Under the pieces are notes generated by a model, which searched no databases, was not told where the DNA came from, and saw nothing but the letters and a program-made list of their open reading frames with translations. A stretch of 64,000 nt of DNA, from assembly GCA_016124905.1 (NCBI GenBank), contig WGMV01000006.1:10157-74156 (forward strand). The letters are read 5' to 3'. Shown piece by piece: positions 37,612 to 48,155 of this stretch; the stretch's first letter is position 1, and every line of letters starts with the position of its first letter. Position numbers and translations under genes: made by a program. The stretch comes from a bacterium. Its GTDB lineage: Bacteria; Pseudomonadota; Alphaproteobacteria; Rickettsiales; RI-342.

Positions 37612-38265
37612 ATGACCAGCCCAGCCTCCATTGCCCGCCGTGGCATCATGTTCGTACTGTCGTCGCCGTCCGGCGCTGGTAAAACCACCATTTCCAAACT
37701 GATGCTGGCGGCGGATTCCAATCTGCACATCTCCATCTCCGTCACCACCCGCGCCCCCCGCCCGGGCGAGGTGAACGGCAAGGACTACATCTTCGTCAGC
37801 AAGGAAACCTTCGCCGACATGATCATGAACGGCGAATTTTACGAACATGCCAAAGTGTTCGACCATTATTACGGCACGCCCAAAAAGAACGTGCTGGACC
37901 AGCTAAGCAAAGGCCATGACGTGCTGTTCGACATCGACTGGCAGGGCACCCGTCAGCTGAAAACCACCGAGCGGCGCGACCTGGTGAGCGTATTCATCCT
38001 GCCGCCTTCCATCGCCGAGCTGGAGCAGCGCCTGCGCAAACGCGCGCAGGACAGCGACGACGTGGTGCGCGGCCGCATGCAGAAATGTTCCGACGAAATC
38101 AGCCACTGGGATGAATATGATTACGTCGTGGTCAACCACGATATCGACGATGCGCTCAAACGCGTGATGGCCATCCTCCATGCCGAGCGCGTGCGCCGCA
38201 CCCGCCAGGAAGGACTGGTCACCTTCGTCGATGGGCTGATGACGGAATTCAACGCGCCGAAATAA
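37612..38265 (+). CDS. gmk: Guanylate kinase
   Basis: P-loop SSPSGAGKTT, followed by SVTTRAPRPGEVNGKDYIFVS and DIDWQG. Confidence 0.9.
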   Translation: MTSPASIARRGIMFVLSSPSGAGKTTISKLMLAADSNLHISISVTTRAPRPGEVNGKDYIFVSKETFADMIMNGEFYEHAKVFDHYYGTPKKNVLDQLSKGHDVLFDIDWQGTRQLKTTERRDLVSVFILPPSIAELEQRLRKRAQDSDDVVRGRMQKCSDEISHWDEYDYVVVNHDIDDALKRVMAILHAERVRRTRQEGLVTFVDGLMTEFNAPK

Positions 38266-39099
38266 TCAGGCCGATGCCTGCCCAAGTTTGCCATATGCCC
38301 GCGCCAGCAGCTCAAATTCAGGTACGCTTAGGGTTTCGGCGCGGCGGGTGCCGTCTATCCCTGCATCGGCCAGCAGTTCCTCCACCGGCACATTCAGCGA
38401 TTTCAGGCTGCTGCGCAGCATCTTGCGCCGCTGGCCGAAGGCGCTGCCGGTCACGCGTTCCAGCCATTCCAGCGGCAGGGACGGAACCGGCATTTTCGGC
38501 GTCACCACCACCACGCTCGACATCACCTTGGGCGGCGGCACAAAGGCCCCGGGCGGCACATCAAAGGCGCGCGTCACATGGCAACGGTGCTGGCACAGCA
38601 CGCTGAGTCGGCCGTAATCCTTGCTGTCCGGCGCGGCATAAAGCCGTTCCGCCACTTCCTTTTGAAACATCAGCACCATGTTTTCAATGGCCGCGCCCGC
38701 TTCGATAAGACCGGTGAGAATCAGCGTGGAAACATTGTAGGGCAGGTTGGAAATCACGGTGATGCGCTCGCCGAATTCCTGCCAGTTCACGCGCGTGGCA
38801 TCGCCCATGCGCAACTCCATCAACCCGTGGCTCTGCTCGGCGATTTCGCGCAGCAACGGCTCCAGGTCGCGGTCTTTCTCCACCGCGATGAATCGCTTCG
38901 GTCCCGCATCAAGGATGGCCCGTGTCAGCCCGCCCGGGCCGGGGCCGATCTCCACCACAGTTTTCTCTTCAAGCCCGCCTGCCGCGCGCACGATTTTGGC
39001 GAGCAACTGCCCATCGAGCAGAAAATGCTGGCCAAAGCTTTTCTTTGCCCACAACCCATGCTGCTGCATATGGTCGCGGATGGAGGGAAGCTGGCTCAC
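38266..39099 (-). CDS. rsmA: 16S rRNA (adenine1518/1519-N6)-dimethyltransferase RsmA/KsgA
   Basis: KSFGQHFLLD, SAM motif VVEIGPGPGGLT, and NLPYNVST. Confidence 0.9.
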   Translation of the reverse strand: MSQLPSIRDHMQQHGLWAKKSFGQHFLLDGQLLAKIVRAAGGLEEKTVVEIGPGPGGLTRAILDAGPKRFIAVEKDRDLEPLLREIAEQSHGLMELRMGDATRVNWQEFGERITVISNLPYNVSTLILTGLIEAGAAIENMVLMFQKEVAERLYAAPDSKDYGRLSVLCQHRCHVTRAFDVPPGAFVPPPKVMSSVVVVTPKMPVPSLPLEWLERVTGSAFGQRRKMLRSSLKSLNVPVEELLADAGIDGTRRAETLSVPEFELLARAYGKLGQASA

Positions 39100-40445
39100 G
39101 GTTGCCCACGCACTTCCAGCAGCGCGTCGCGTCTCAGGTTGCGCAGCAGGCGCAGCGCCTCAAGCCCAAGCTTCTTTTGCAGGATCATCTCGCGTACGCG
39201 GTTTTTATCCACCGCCGTGGAGCGCGCTTCAATGCGTTCGCACACCATCAGCACATGCACGCCGAGTGGGCTGATGAAGGGTTCGCTTGGGGTGCCTGTG
39301 GCAAGCGGAATGACGATGGGTTTCACCTTGGGATCCAGCTCGCGGATCTGCATGCGGCCCAGATCATGCACATTGGCGCCCAGCGTGTTCTCACCCGCCG
39401 CTTGAAGCGCATCGCAGCTGGTCACGTCCTTCACCATCGCCTTGGCTTTTTCCATCTGCGCGGCCACGTCCTTTTGCGAAGCGTCCGCCGCCACAGGCAA
39501 AATCACCTGGCGCAGCGCCACTTCCGTATCACTGGGGTCCGCCTCCAGCATTTTACGCTTTTCGTAAAATTTCAGCACATGCACGCCCGCGGCCGTGCGC
39601 ACGGGGGCGGATATCTGGCCCGGCTCCAGATTCTCCAACGCTTTTGCGATATCGGGGTCCAGCTGGCTTGGGCTCACCCAGCGCGTGCCGTCCTCTTCCG
39701 TCGGGCCGCCGGAAACGCTTGGGAACTGTTTTGCCAGCTTGCTGAAATCGGTCCCTTCCTGCAATTGCTTCACCAGGTCGGCGGCGAGCGCTTCGGGGTC
39801 TTGCTCGCCTTCATTCGGGTTGGCATTGGCTGGCACCAGCAACTCGCCGATGCGCCATTCATCAAAGCCGCGTTCATTGGCGATGATCTCCACCGCCTCC
39901 TGCAATTCACCATCCGAAACCTGAAGGCGCGGCTGCACGCGGGTGAACAGGTATTTGCTCCAGGTCATTTCGGCATCCATCTGCCGCTGCGCCGTGGCCG
40001 GGCTCAACCCGTGGTCCTTGAACCATTGCTTCAGCTCGGGCACTTCCTTCTGCTGGCTTTTGGCAAGAATGGCCCAGCCGCCTTCGCGCTCGCGCTCGGT
40101 CAGGGATACGCCCTGTTTTTTGGTTTCCTGGCGCATCAGCGTTTCATCCACCAGCTTCTGAAGCACCTGCTTACGCAACCGGCTGATGCTTTCGTCGTCC
40201 GGTTTCATGCTGGTCAGCGCCAGCGTCATTTTCACCCGTTCATCCACATCCTGCGTGGTGATGATATCGCGGTTCACCAGCGCCAGCACTTTCACAGTAT
40301 CGGACGTGCCGCCGCTTTTTGCGGGCGCCTCGGCCTCAGTGGCGGGCCTGGCGGCTTGCTTGGCCTTGGCATCCGCATGCTTCATCGGAACCAGCGCCAT
40401 GATGCACATGGCAAACAGCAGCGTAGGCAATAAACGTCGCAGCAT
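39096..40445 (-). CDS. surA: Periplasmic chaperone/peptidyl-prolyl isomerase SurA
   Basis: Signal peptide, SurA N-terminal domain and one parvulin-type PPIase region. Located between lptD and rsmA. Its stop overlaps the rsmA start. Confidence 0.75.
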   Translation of the reverse strand: MLRRLLPTLLFAMCIMALVPMKHADAKAKQAARPATEAEAPAKSGGTSDTVKVLALVNRDIITTQDVDERVKMTLALTSMKPDDESISRLRKQVLQKLVDETLMRQETKKQGVSLTEREREGGWAILAKSQQKEVPELKQWFKDHGLSPATAQRQMDAEMTWSKYLFTRVQPRLQVSDGELQEAVEIIANERGFDEWRIGELLVPANANPNEGEQDPEALAADLVKQLQEGTDFSKLAKQFPSVSGGPTEEDGTRWVSPSQLDPDIAKALENLEPGQISAPVRTAAGVHVLKFYEKRKMLEADPSDTEVALRQVILPVAADASQKDVAAQMEKAKAMVKDVTSCDALQAAGENTLGANVHDLGRMQIRELDPKVKPIVIPLATGTPSEPFISPLGVHVLMVCERIEARSTAVDKNRVREMILQKKLGLEALRLLRNLRRDALLEVRGQP

Positions 40446-40453
40446 AATGGGCC

Positions 40454-42709
40454 TCAGTTCAGGTTCTTCAGGAACAGTTTGACGGTGTAAGACGTTGACG
40501 GCTCAAGGTCGCGGTCACGCGCATAAATGCGCGATGCCTGCCCGATAACCGTGACGCACTCATTCTGATAGGCCAGACCTAGCCCGTTGGCAACCCAGCG
40601 TTCGTCATCCAGGTCGCGGTAGGAGTTGGCGAAAAAGCGCCATTCATCGGCAAATTTCCAGCTGACATTCCCATATATCTCCTCGCTTTCGCCGAAGAGC
40701 GGGTTCTCGATAAAGTCGTTATAAGCCAGGTGCGCGCTCAGGCCTTTCCAGTTGAAGTCGAGCAGCACCTCATTGCGGGTGAGTTTCAGGTCGTCCTTGT
40801 CCATGCGGAAGCCATAGGTCACGCCGACCATGCTGTTTCGCAGTGATACACGGCCTGTGTAATCCGACCAGTGTTCCGTCGGCCCGGTGCTGTAATAAAA
40901 GAACGGGTCCGGCTCCACCAGGTAGCTTTGCCCGGCGCTGGTTTCGATATCCCAGTCATTGACGATATTCGTCGCCGTGCGAAACCCATACGTCACGCGT
41001 GAGCCGGATTCGATGCGGTCATACCCGCGGCTGCGTTCGTCGCTGAAAATCGTCGTGTCGGAAAGCTCCGGCAGCAACCCGTCTTCATTGGGAATATCCT
41101 CCGGGTTCACGCCGCTCGGCATGGCGACAACATCCACAATTGGCTCAATCAGCGTGGTCACATCCCCCGCGCTGGCCAGCAGGGGGTAGCGCCACATAAG
41201 CGATGCCTTGGGCACCACGCGGCCATTGGCCTGGTCCTCGCGCGGGCCCCCATTCACGCTGAGTTCCGGGGTGTAGTAACCGTCCGCGCGCACGCTGGCC
41301 TTGGCGTCAAAGCGGTTGCCGCTATCCGTGATAAAGCTTTTTTCCCAGCCCGCCGTACCGCTGATCCGATTGGTGTCATTGCCGTCGCGACGGGAAAGCG
41401 ACAGAATATTGCCCTCCAGCCGCAGGGTGGAATCCAGAAAACTCAACGGCACCACATGCTCGCCCTGAATCAGCGGATGAATGACCGGCACCGCCGTATC
41501 CACGCTGCCGGTACGGAAATCCTGGAATGCAAGCAGTTCGGCGCGGGCGTAACTTTCGTCATATTGCCCGTCGCCGATACCTTCCAGCCAGGCATTGCTG
41601 GTCAGCAGCGGGTCATAAGAGATTTCATAACGGCGCAGGTAGGTGTCGTCGGATGTATAACGCGCGTTGAAGCCGGTTTTCCACACGTCGTTGAACCTGA
41701 AATCCCCGGTTCCTTCAATATGCCCGCGCAGTTCATGTCCCGGCAGAACCTGACCGCTTATATCGTCGCGCCGCACCGGATTGGTGATGCTGCCGCGCAA
41801 TTCATAACGGCCCATATCCGTCATGTGGCGGAACTCGCCTCCCAGAATCGGGCTTTCGTTGGAAGCTGTAGTGGGCGTGATGGTGGCATCCATGTTCGGC
41901 GCGATGGACCAGTAATAAGGCACGCTGATCATCGTGCCGAGCTGAGAGGACACCTTGTAGCTCGGTGCGAGAATGCCGCTTTTGCTGCCCGAATCGGGCG
42001 AAGGATGCGAAAGATAAGGCGTGTAGAAAATCGGCACGCCGAGCACTTCCATCCGCGCGTTGCGGTAGGTGATGCGCTGCTCCTCGTCATCCTTCGTCAC
42101 GCTGCTGGCCTTCAATTGCCACAGGGGGGATTCCTCCTCGCCCGTGGTGGCATCCGTACAGATTTTGCAGGGCGAATAAACGGCCTTCTTCAGCTTGGTC
42201 ACCGAATCGCTGACCTTCTCACCCTCATTCGCCGCCATCATGGAGTTGTCGATGAATCGGGCGCGCAACTGGTGAATGATGCCGCGTTTCAACCCGTCGC
42301 GCAGTTCCACATGCTCGGCGAAGAACACGTTGCCGTCCGGCTCCAGCATGCTGACATTGCCGCTGGCGCGCACCGCGCCGCTCGGCTCATGGTAGGCCAC
42401 ACGGTCGGCCCTGAGCACGCGCTTGCCCTGCACAATCACCACATTGCCGACCGCCGAGGCGATCTGGCTGGTCTGGTCGAAATGCATGCTGTCGGCTTCG
42501 ATATAAACCGGTTCCTTGCCTTCGGCGGGCGTCTGGGCGGCGGCTTCGGCCTCGCTGCCGACCGATTCGCGCGCCTGGGACAGGGGGGATATCAGGCAAC
42601 AAAAAGCAAATGCCAGCATGGCCATTCGCCATGCCGGTTTCACGCAAGCCCTGAACCATGCGCCAAATGCCGTCACACTCTCCCCAGTAAGGTAAGCATT
42701 ATTTAACAA
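40454..42709 (-). CDS. lptD: LPS-assembly outer membrane protein LptD (OstA)
   Basis: ~750 aa with an OstA N-terminal domain and a large beta-barrel C-terminus. Synteny is lptG-lptD-surA. The likely true start is ATG-42625 (MAMLAFAFCCLISPLSQA signal peptide). Confidence 0.85.
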   Translation of the reverse strand: MLNNAYLTGESVTAFGAWFRACVKPAWRMAMLAFAFCCLISPLSQARESVGSEAEAAAQTPAEGKEPVYIEADSMHFDQTSQIASAVGNVVIVQGKRVLRADRVAYHEPSGAVRASGNVSMLEPDGNVFFAEHVELRDGLKRGIIHQLRARFIDNSMMAANEGEKVSDSVTKLKKAVYSPCKICTDATTGEEESPLWQLKASSVTKDDEEQRITYRNARMEVLGVPIFYTPYLSHPSPDSGSKSGILAPSYKVSSQLGTMISVPYYWSIAPNMDATITPTTASNESPILGGEFRHMTDMGRYELRGSITNPVRRDDISGQVLPGHELRGHIEGTGDFRFNDVWKTGFNARYTSDDTYLRRYEISYDPLLTSNAWLEGIGDGQYDESYARAELLAFQDFRTGSVDTAVPVIHPLIQGEHVVPLSFLDSTLRLEGNILSLSRRDGNDTNRISGTAGWEKSFITDSGNRFDAKASVRADGYYTPELSVNGGPREDQANGRVVPKASLMWRYPLLASAGDVTTLIEPIVDVVAMPSGVNPEDIPNEDGLLPELSDTTIFSDERSRGYDRIESGSRVTYGFRTATNIVNDWDIETSAGQSYLVEPDPFFYYSTGPTEHWSDYTGRVSLRNSMVGVTYGFRMDKDDLKLTRNEVLLDFNWKGLSAHLAYNDFIENPLFGESEEIYGNVSWKFADEWRFFANSYRDLDDERWVANGLGLAYQNECVTVIGQASRIYARDRDLEPSTSYTVKLFLKNLN

Positions 42710-42871
42710 AATCTGGTATAAAAAGCGAGTTTTTATCTACAGATAGTGGTTCGCCTGGTCGGGCCGCCATAAAGCCGTTCCAGGCCGCTAAAAAGCGCCG
42801 AAACCTACGCATTTGCCCATAAAAATGCCAGTGAAATAGGAAGAAATTTTTATGAAGCTGCCAGGCTGACC

Positions 42872-43990
42872 CTAGCCGTCTTCCTGATGGAGCAGGGTAA
42901 TAACCCCCACCACGGTCGCCACCGAAGCGATGGACCACGCCGCCAGGGCAGGCGGCATCGTGCCCGAAAGCGCCAGTGCGCCAATCAGGTCGGAAAGGAA
43001 ATACACCCCAAACCCCACGCTCGCCCCGGCGATGATCAGCATGCCCGTGCTGCCCACGCGCCGGTATTTCAGCGCGAATACGGCGCCCACCAGCACCATG
43101 GCGCACATCAAAAGCGGCATGGCCATCAGGCTGTACCAGTAAAGCCGGTGGCGCTGCGCGGCAAAGCCGGATGCCTCCATATTGCGGATGAAGGTGGGCA
43201 ATGCCCAGAAGGAGAGGGTCTCCGGCGGGGCGAAGCTTTCCTGGATCTGGTTGACGGTCAGCCGTGTAGGCAGCGTCACCTTGGGGTAGCGCAGCGCCGT
43301 GGTTTCCGGCGCGGTGACAAGCGCCTCGTCCAGCAGCCAGTAGCCATCGCGCAACTGGGCGGATTGCGCATCCACGCGCCGCAGGAATTTATCCTCATTG
43401 CCGAGCGTGAAAATGATGACGTCAAACAGCCGCATATCTTTGGCCGAAACCCGCAATGCATGGATGATGGTATCGGCGCCTTCCAGTTTGCCCTCGGGGT
43501 CCTCCTCATGCTGGCGAAGCCACAACCCGGAGGTGGAAACCGTCAGCAGGCTGGTGCGGCCTTTAAGATAACGCGCCTCCAGCTGCTCGTAGCGCAGCAG
43601 CATGGTGGAGGTCAGCGGGCTGAGCGCGCCGATCATCAGCACGCAGATGGAAACCGCCACCAGCAGGCTCGGCGTGATGAACTGCCAGGCGGAAATACCC
43701 GCCGAACGCGCCACGATCAGCTCGCGCGAGCGCGTAAGCCGCGAGAAGCAGAGCATCCCGCCAATCAGCACCGCAAAGGGCAGTACGCGCTGCGCCATGC
43801 TTGGCAGCTTGAGGAAGGAAAGCTGAAGGATGATGCCGGTGGTCATTTCTCCATGTTCCGACCCGCGGCGGATCAGCTCCACCGTATCGATTACCAGGAT
43901 AAGGCCCATCATCACGCCAAGCACCATCAGCAGGCTCAGCAGAAACTGCTTGCCGATATAGCGATAAAGGATGAGGGGAATCGAAGCCAT
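42872..43990 (-). CDS. lptG: LPS export ABC permease LptG
   Basis: 372 aa of the YjgP/YjgQ family. LYRYIGKQFLLSLLMVL... resembles the LptG N-terminus. It is the second gene of the pair. Confidence 0.8.
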   Translation of the reverse strand: MASIPLILYRYIGKQFLLSLLMVLGVMMGLILVIDTVELIRRGSEHGEMTTGIILQLSFLKLPSMAQRVLPFAVLIGGMLCFSRLTRSRELIVARSAGISAWQFITPSLLVAVSICVLMIGALSPLTSTMLLRYEQLEARYLKGRTSLLTVSTSGLWLRQHEEDPEGKLEGADTIIHALRVSAKDMRLFDVIIFTLGNEDKFLRRVDAQSAQLRDGYWLLDEALVTAPETTALRYPKVTLPTRLTVNQIQESFAPPETLSFWALPTFIRNMEASGFAAQRHRLYWYSLMAMPLLMCAMVLVGAVFALKYRRVGSTGMLIIAGASVGFGVYFLSDLIGALALSGTMPPALAAWSIASVATVVGVITLLHQEDG

Positions 43991-43991
43991 G

Positions 43992-45098
43992 TCAGCCTGT
44001 TTTCTTCATCAGATAATGCCAGGGCAGGGCCTGCTTGTGAAGCGCCTGCAGGCCGATCAGGCTGCACACAATCAGGTTGATATACATCAGCGGAATACCC
44101 CAGCTGTGCTTGACCGCGTTGCTTTGCAGCACGATAGCCAGCGCAATCACTCCGCAGCCGACGACGGCCGCCACGATCAGCTTTTTGATATTGCCGCGCC
44201 GGTTGAATTCGCCGCACAGGATGGTCGCTGCGCCCATCAGCACCAGCACCATGTTGTAAAACGGCCAGGTCAGGCGTTGATGCGCCTCGGCCGCATAACG
44301 CAGGCGCAGGTCGTCCTTCGTGTTGGCGGGCGGGTTCAGCAGCTCATGCACAAACATTTCCTGCCCCTCGCGTTCGCGCATGTCGCTGGTTTCGGTATAC
44401 ATGCTGAGGTTCAGCGTATAGCGGTCGAAATGCAGCAGCGAAAGCTGACCCGTGTCGCGGTTCACTTCCTGCCGGTTGCCGTCCTGCAAAATGAATTGCG
44501 GCCCCTGGTCGGTCTTCACCAGGTAGCCCTGGCGCGCCATCATGGTCACCGGCTGATGGCCGCTATTGTCATGCACCAGGATGCCACGCAACACGCCGTC
44601 CGGCTCGCGCTTGCGGATGTAGACCATCATGTTCGGCACCGGGTTGGAGAACACGCCCTCCTGCAACAGCAATGAGGCATAGTTATTACGGATGAAAAAC
44701 TGCATATCCTTGAATTCGCGGTATGATACCGGCTGCAATATAAGCGTGAAAAGATAACCAGCCGCCGTCATGGCTGCCGCCACCATCAGGGCTGGCTTGG
44801 CCAGTTGCATCATGCTGATGCCCGCGCTCTCCAGCACCACCAGCTCGGATTCGCCCATCATCCGGTTATAGGCATAAAGCGTGGCGCAGAACAGCGCCAC
44901 CGGCAGCACCACCGAAAGCAGGGATGGCATCAGCAGCAGCGTGAGATACAAAAACAGGCTGATGCTTAGGCCCTGATTGACGATAAGATCAATGAAACGC
45001 AAGGACTGCGCCAGCCAGACGATACCCGTCAAACTGAGCGTGATGAACAGCGTCGGCCCGATCATGTTGCGGGCGATGTAGCGCACATAGCAAAGCAT
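43992..45098 (-). CDS. lptF: LPS export ABC permease LptF
   Basis: 368 aa of the YjgP/YjgQ family. It is the first gene of the lptFG pair. Confidence 0.8.
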   Translation of the reverse strand: MLCYVRYIARNMIGPTLFITLSLTGIVWLAQSLRFIDLIVNQGLSISLFLYLTLLLMPSLLSVVLPVALFCATLYAYNRMMGESELVVLESAGISMMQLAKPALMVAAAMTAAGYLFTLILQPVSYREFKDMQFFIRNNYASLLLQEGVFSNPVPNMMVYIRKREPDGVLRGILVHDNSGHQPVTMMARQGYLVKTDQGPQFILQDGNRQEVNRDTGQLSLLHFDRYTLNLSMYTETSDMREREGQEMFVHELLNPPANTKDDLRLRYAAEAHQRLTWPFYNMVLVLMGAATILCGEFNRRGNIKKLIVAAVVGCGVIALAIVLQSNAVKHSWGIPLMYINLIVCSLIGLQALHKQALPWHYLMKKTG

Positions 45099-45248
45099 GG
45101 ACGGGACTATAGCGCTTCACTGTATTTTCGCCACGCCGAATTAAAAAGAAATGCCATGTGCCTAGTGTAAGAACACAGCCGTGAGCGCGGCGCGCATGCC
45201 GCTGTTTCATTGCGCAGCTTGCTGCGCAGGAAACATCGCAAAAAGTCT

Positions 45249-45275
45249 GGAGCGCGCAGCGCGAGCCAGCAAAAG
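45249..45275. repeat. Truncated unit of the two-hairpin repeat family (flanks only, unit B)
   Basis: GGAGCGCGCAGCGCGAGCCAGCAAAAG joins the left flank (GGAGCGC) and right flank (GCGAGCCAGCAAAAG) of the A units, without the two hairpins. Confidence 0.5.
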
Positions 45276-45278
45276 CCT

Positions 45279-45309
45279 GCTAAACATTAGGCCTTGCCTA
45301 ATGTTTAGC
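45279..45309 (-). terminator. infC terminator-like hairpin with the stop codon inside the stem
   Basis: 14-bp perfect stem GCTAAACATTAGGC / GCCTAATGTTTAGC with a 3-nt loop. The infC TAG (45298-45300) lies in one arm. AGGCTTTTGC follows on the minus strand. Confidence 0.5.
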
Positions 45310-45825
45310 TGATCCCAGAATCATGATCATCTGCGAACCCTCGAAACGGGGTTCCATCTCCACCTTACCGGCTTCGGCCGTGTGCTCGCGCACCTTGCGG
45401 AACACTTCCACGCCGAATTCCTGGTGGGTGATCTCGCGGCCGCGGAAGCGCATGGAGACCTTCACCTTGTCGCCTTCTTCAAGGAATTCGTTGATCTTGC
45501 GCAGCTTGATCTCAAGGTCATGCTTGTCGATCGTCGGGCGCAGCTTGATTTCCTTGATCTGCACAATTTTCTGCTTCTTGCGGGCCTCGTTGGCCTTTTT
45601 CTGAAGCTCGTATTTGTATTTGCCGTAATCCAGCACCTTGCACACCGGCGGCGCTGCACCGGGAGAAATCTCCACCAGGTCAAGCCCGGCGGTCTCTGCC
45701 GCGCGGATTCCCTGAGCCAGGGGAACAACACCAATCATTTCACCATCTGCGCCGATCAAGCGGATTTCCCGAGCCGTTATCTGGTTATTGATACGCGGTT
45801 CGTTGCTATTCTTCTTCTCGAGCAT
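45298..45825 (-). CDS. infC: Translation initiation factor IF-3
   Basis: [22 protein letters not shown]... plus the C-terminal domain. It starts at ATG-45825 with GGAGAACC immediately upstream, so the start is not AUU. Confidence 0.9.
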   Translation of the reverse strand: MLEKKNSNEPRINNQITAREIRLIGADGEMIGVVPLAQGIRAAETAGLDLVEISPGAAPPVCKVLDYGKYKYELQKKANEARKKQKIVQIKEIKLRPTIDKHDLEIKLRKINEFLEEGDKVKVSMRFRGREITHQEFGVEVFRKVREHTAEAGKVEMEPRFEGSQMIMILGSAKH

Positions 45826-45929
45826 GGTTCTCCTGCGGAGTTGTTACGGTAGATATTCGCGTGATTAGCGGTTTTTAAGGATATGCGCCAGCACAAACCC
45901 CATCATACCCATAAAGATTTGATGCTTAA

Positions 45930-47891
45930 TTAACGTTTCAAATCCGGCGGTGTGGCTTCCTGCGCTAATTGCGCCACGGCCTCCGCCAGCGGCAGGGTTA
46001 CGGTCTGCTGGCTGCCAAGGCGGCGAATGCCAAGCGTTCCTTGCTCCGCCTCACGTTTGCCCACCACCACGATGGCCGGAACCTTGGCGGTGGAATGGTG
46101 GCGGATCAGGTAATCGATCTTCTGGTTGGCGCCTTCCTCGAAATTCTTTTCCAGTTTCTCGTCATCGCCAAACATGTTGAGCAGCCAGCGCACGCCCTGC
46201 TTGTCCAGCGCGGGCAGCACTTGCTCGCGCACATAGGGCATGGCCTCGTCGGTGATGGTGCACACGGCCACCTGCTTGGGCGCCAGCCACATGGGCAGCT
46301 TGCCCGCATAATGCTCAATCAGCACGCCGATGAAGCGCTCAAACGAGCCGAGAATGGCCCGATGCAGCATCACGGGGCGGTGCTTGGCGGCATCGGTTCC
46401 CACGTAATTGGCGTCCAAACGCTCGGGCAGCACGAAATCCACCTGTAGCGTGCCGCACTGCCAGTCGCGCCCGATGGCGTCGCGCAGCACGAATTCCAGC
46501 TTCGGCCCATAGAACGCGCCTTCGCCGGGGTTCAGCTCCGTTTCCAGCCCTGCTGCCGCGCAGGCGGCTTTCAGCGCGCCTTCGGCACGGTCCCAGATGG
46601 CATCGTCACCCGCCCGTTTTTCCGGCCGGTCGGAGAATTTCACATGGAAATCCGGAAAGCCGAGGTCCTGATAGACCGAACGCAGCAATTCGCAGAAGGC
46701 GATCGTCTCCGAGGTGATCTGCTCCTCGGTGCAGAAGATATGCGCGTCATCCTGCACAAAGCCGCGCACGCGCATCAGCCCGTGCATGGAGCCGGAGGAT
46801 TCGTTGCGGTGGCAGCTGCCGAATTCCGCCAGGCGCAGCGGCAGCTCGCGATAGCTTTTCAGCGACTGGTTGAATACCTGCACATGCCCCGGGCAGTTCA
46901 TCGGCTTGAGGCAGAGTTCCTTGTCCTCATCCTCGATGGTGAACATGTTCTCGCGGTATTTTTCCCAGTGGCCGGATTTCTCCCAGAGCACGCGGTCCAG
47001 AATCATCGGCGTCTTGATTTCCACATAACCCGTGGAGCGCAGCCGACGGCGGATATAATCCTGCAATGCCGTGTACAGCGTCCAGCCCCGGTTATGCCAG
47101 AACACCTGCCCAACGGCTTCTTCCTGAATATGGAACAGCCCCATCTCGCGGCCAAGGCGACGGTGGTCGCGTTTCTCGGCTTCTTCCAGCCGCGTCAGAT
47201 ATTCCTTGAGCTGCTTTTCGCTACCCCAGGCCGTACCATAAATGCGCTGAAGCATGGCGTTTTTGCTATCCCCGCGCCAATAGGCCCCGGCTACCTTCAT
47301 CAGCTTGTAATGACGGATTTTACCCGTGGAAGGCGCATGCGGCCCGCGGCACAGGTCGATGAAATCACCCTGACGATACAGCGTCACATCCTCATTGGCC
47401 GGGATGGAGGCGATGATCTCCGCTTTGTAGGCCTCGCCCTGTTTCTTGAAGAAAGCCACCGCCTCGTCGCGGCTCCACACTTCACGCTCAAAGGGAATAT
47501 CCTTTTCCGTAATCTCCCGCATCTTCGCCTCGATCTTCTCCAGATCTTCCGTGGAGAAAGGCGTAGCCCGCGCGAAATCGTAATAGAACCCGTCCTCGAT
47601 CGCCGGGCCGATGGTCACCTGCGTATCGGGGTAAAGCTGCTTCACCGCTTGCGCCATGATATGCGCCGTATCGTGGCGGATAAGCTCCAGTCCTTCCGGG
47701 CTGTCGCCCGTGATGATGCGGAGTTTCGCGCTCGCCTCAATCGGGCGGGAAAGATCGCGCTGCTCACCATCCAGCTCAATGGCAAGGGCCGCTTTGGCAA
47801 GCCCCGCGCCGATGGATTGCGCCACCTGCAGCCCGGTAGTGCCTGCCGCATATTCCCGCTTGCTGCCATCGGGCAGGGTGAGGGTGATCAT
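45930..47891 (-). CDS. thrS: Threonine--tRNA ligase
   Basis: TGS N-terminus [14 protein letters not shown], class II core, and [19 protein letters not shown]. Alternative upstream starts are at 47921 and 47972. Confidence 0.9.
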   Translation of the reverse strand: MITLTLPDGSKREYAAGTTGLQVAQSIGAGLAKAALAIELDGEQRDLSRPIEASAKLRIITGDSPEGLELIRHDTAHIMAQAVKQLYPDTQVTIGPAIEDGFYYDFARATPFSTEDLEKIEAKMREITEKDIPFEREVWSRDEAVAFFKKQGEAYKAEIIASIPANEDVTLYRQGDFIDLCRGPHAPSTGKIRHYKLMKVAGAYWRGDSKNAMLQRIYGTAWGSEKQLKEYLTRLEEAEKRDHRRLGREMGLFHIQEEAVGQVFWHNRGWTLYTALQDYIRRRLRSTGYVEIKTPMILDRVLWEKSGHWEKYRENMFTIEDEDKELCLKPMNCPGHVQVFNQSLKSYRELPLRLAEFGSCHRNESSGSMHGLMRVRGFVQDDAHIFCTEEQITSETIAFCELLRSVYQDLGFPDFHVKFSDRPEKRAGDDAIWDRAEGALKAACAAAGLETELNPGEGAFYGPKLEFVLRDAIGRDWQCGTLQVDFVLPERLDANYVGTDAAKHRPVMLHRAILGSFERFIGVLIEHYAGKLPMWLAPKQVAVCTITDEAMPYVREQVLPALDKQGVRWLLNMFGDDEKLEKNFEEGANQKIDYLIRHHSTAKVPAIVVVGKREAEQGTLGIRRLGSQQTVTLPLAEAVAQLAQEATPPDLKR

Positions 47892-48072
47892 GGCGTTGTT
47901 TGTGGCAGGTGCGGCTTGCATAGGATTCTTCGCTAAAGGTGGTGAAACAATGTATGGTGTCATTACCGCCAAGGCGGAAATCCAGCCCGCCGTGCATCCG
48001 GCCTGGCTGAAAAAACGTTTCTAACGGCTAGTTCGCCCTTTGTCACGGTCTAGCTAACCGATGGAATGTTTC

Positions 48073-48150
48073 GCGAGCGCAGCGAGTTGGGCCATTGAGG
48101 CCCCGCCCGCTAATGCGGGCGTGTCGTTCGCGTAGCGAATGCTGTAAAAG
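48073..48150. repeat. Single unit of the two-hairpin repeat family (unit C)
   Basis: GCGAGCGCAGCGAGTT, hairpin 1 GGGCC-ATTGA-GGCCC (48089-48103), hairpin 2 CGCCCGC-TAAT-GCGGGCG (48104-48121), then a third hairpin CGTTCGC-GTA-GCGAATG. Confidence 0.8.
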
Positions 48151-48155
48151 GTAAA

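Noticed and set aside
42818-42854. 9-bp inverted repeat CATAAAAAT-N19-ATTTTTATG between lptG and lptD
   Set aside because: The stem is almost entirely A/T (one G-C pair in nine) with a large loop, so it is thermodynamically weak. It is probably just AT-rich promoter DNA for lptD.
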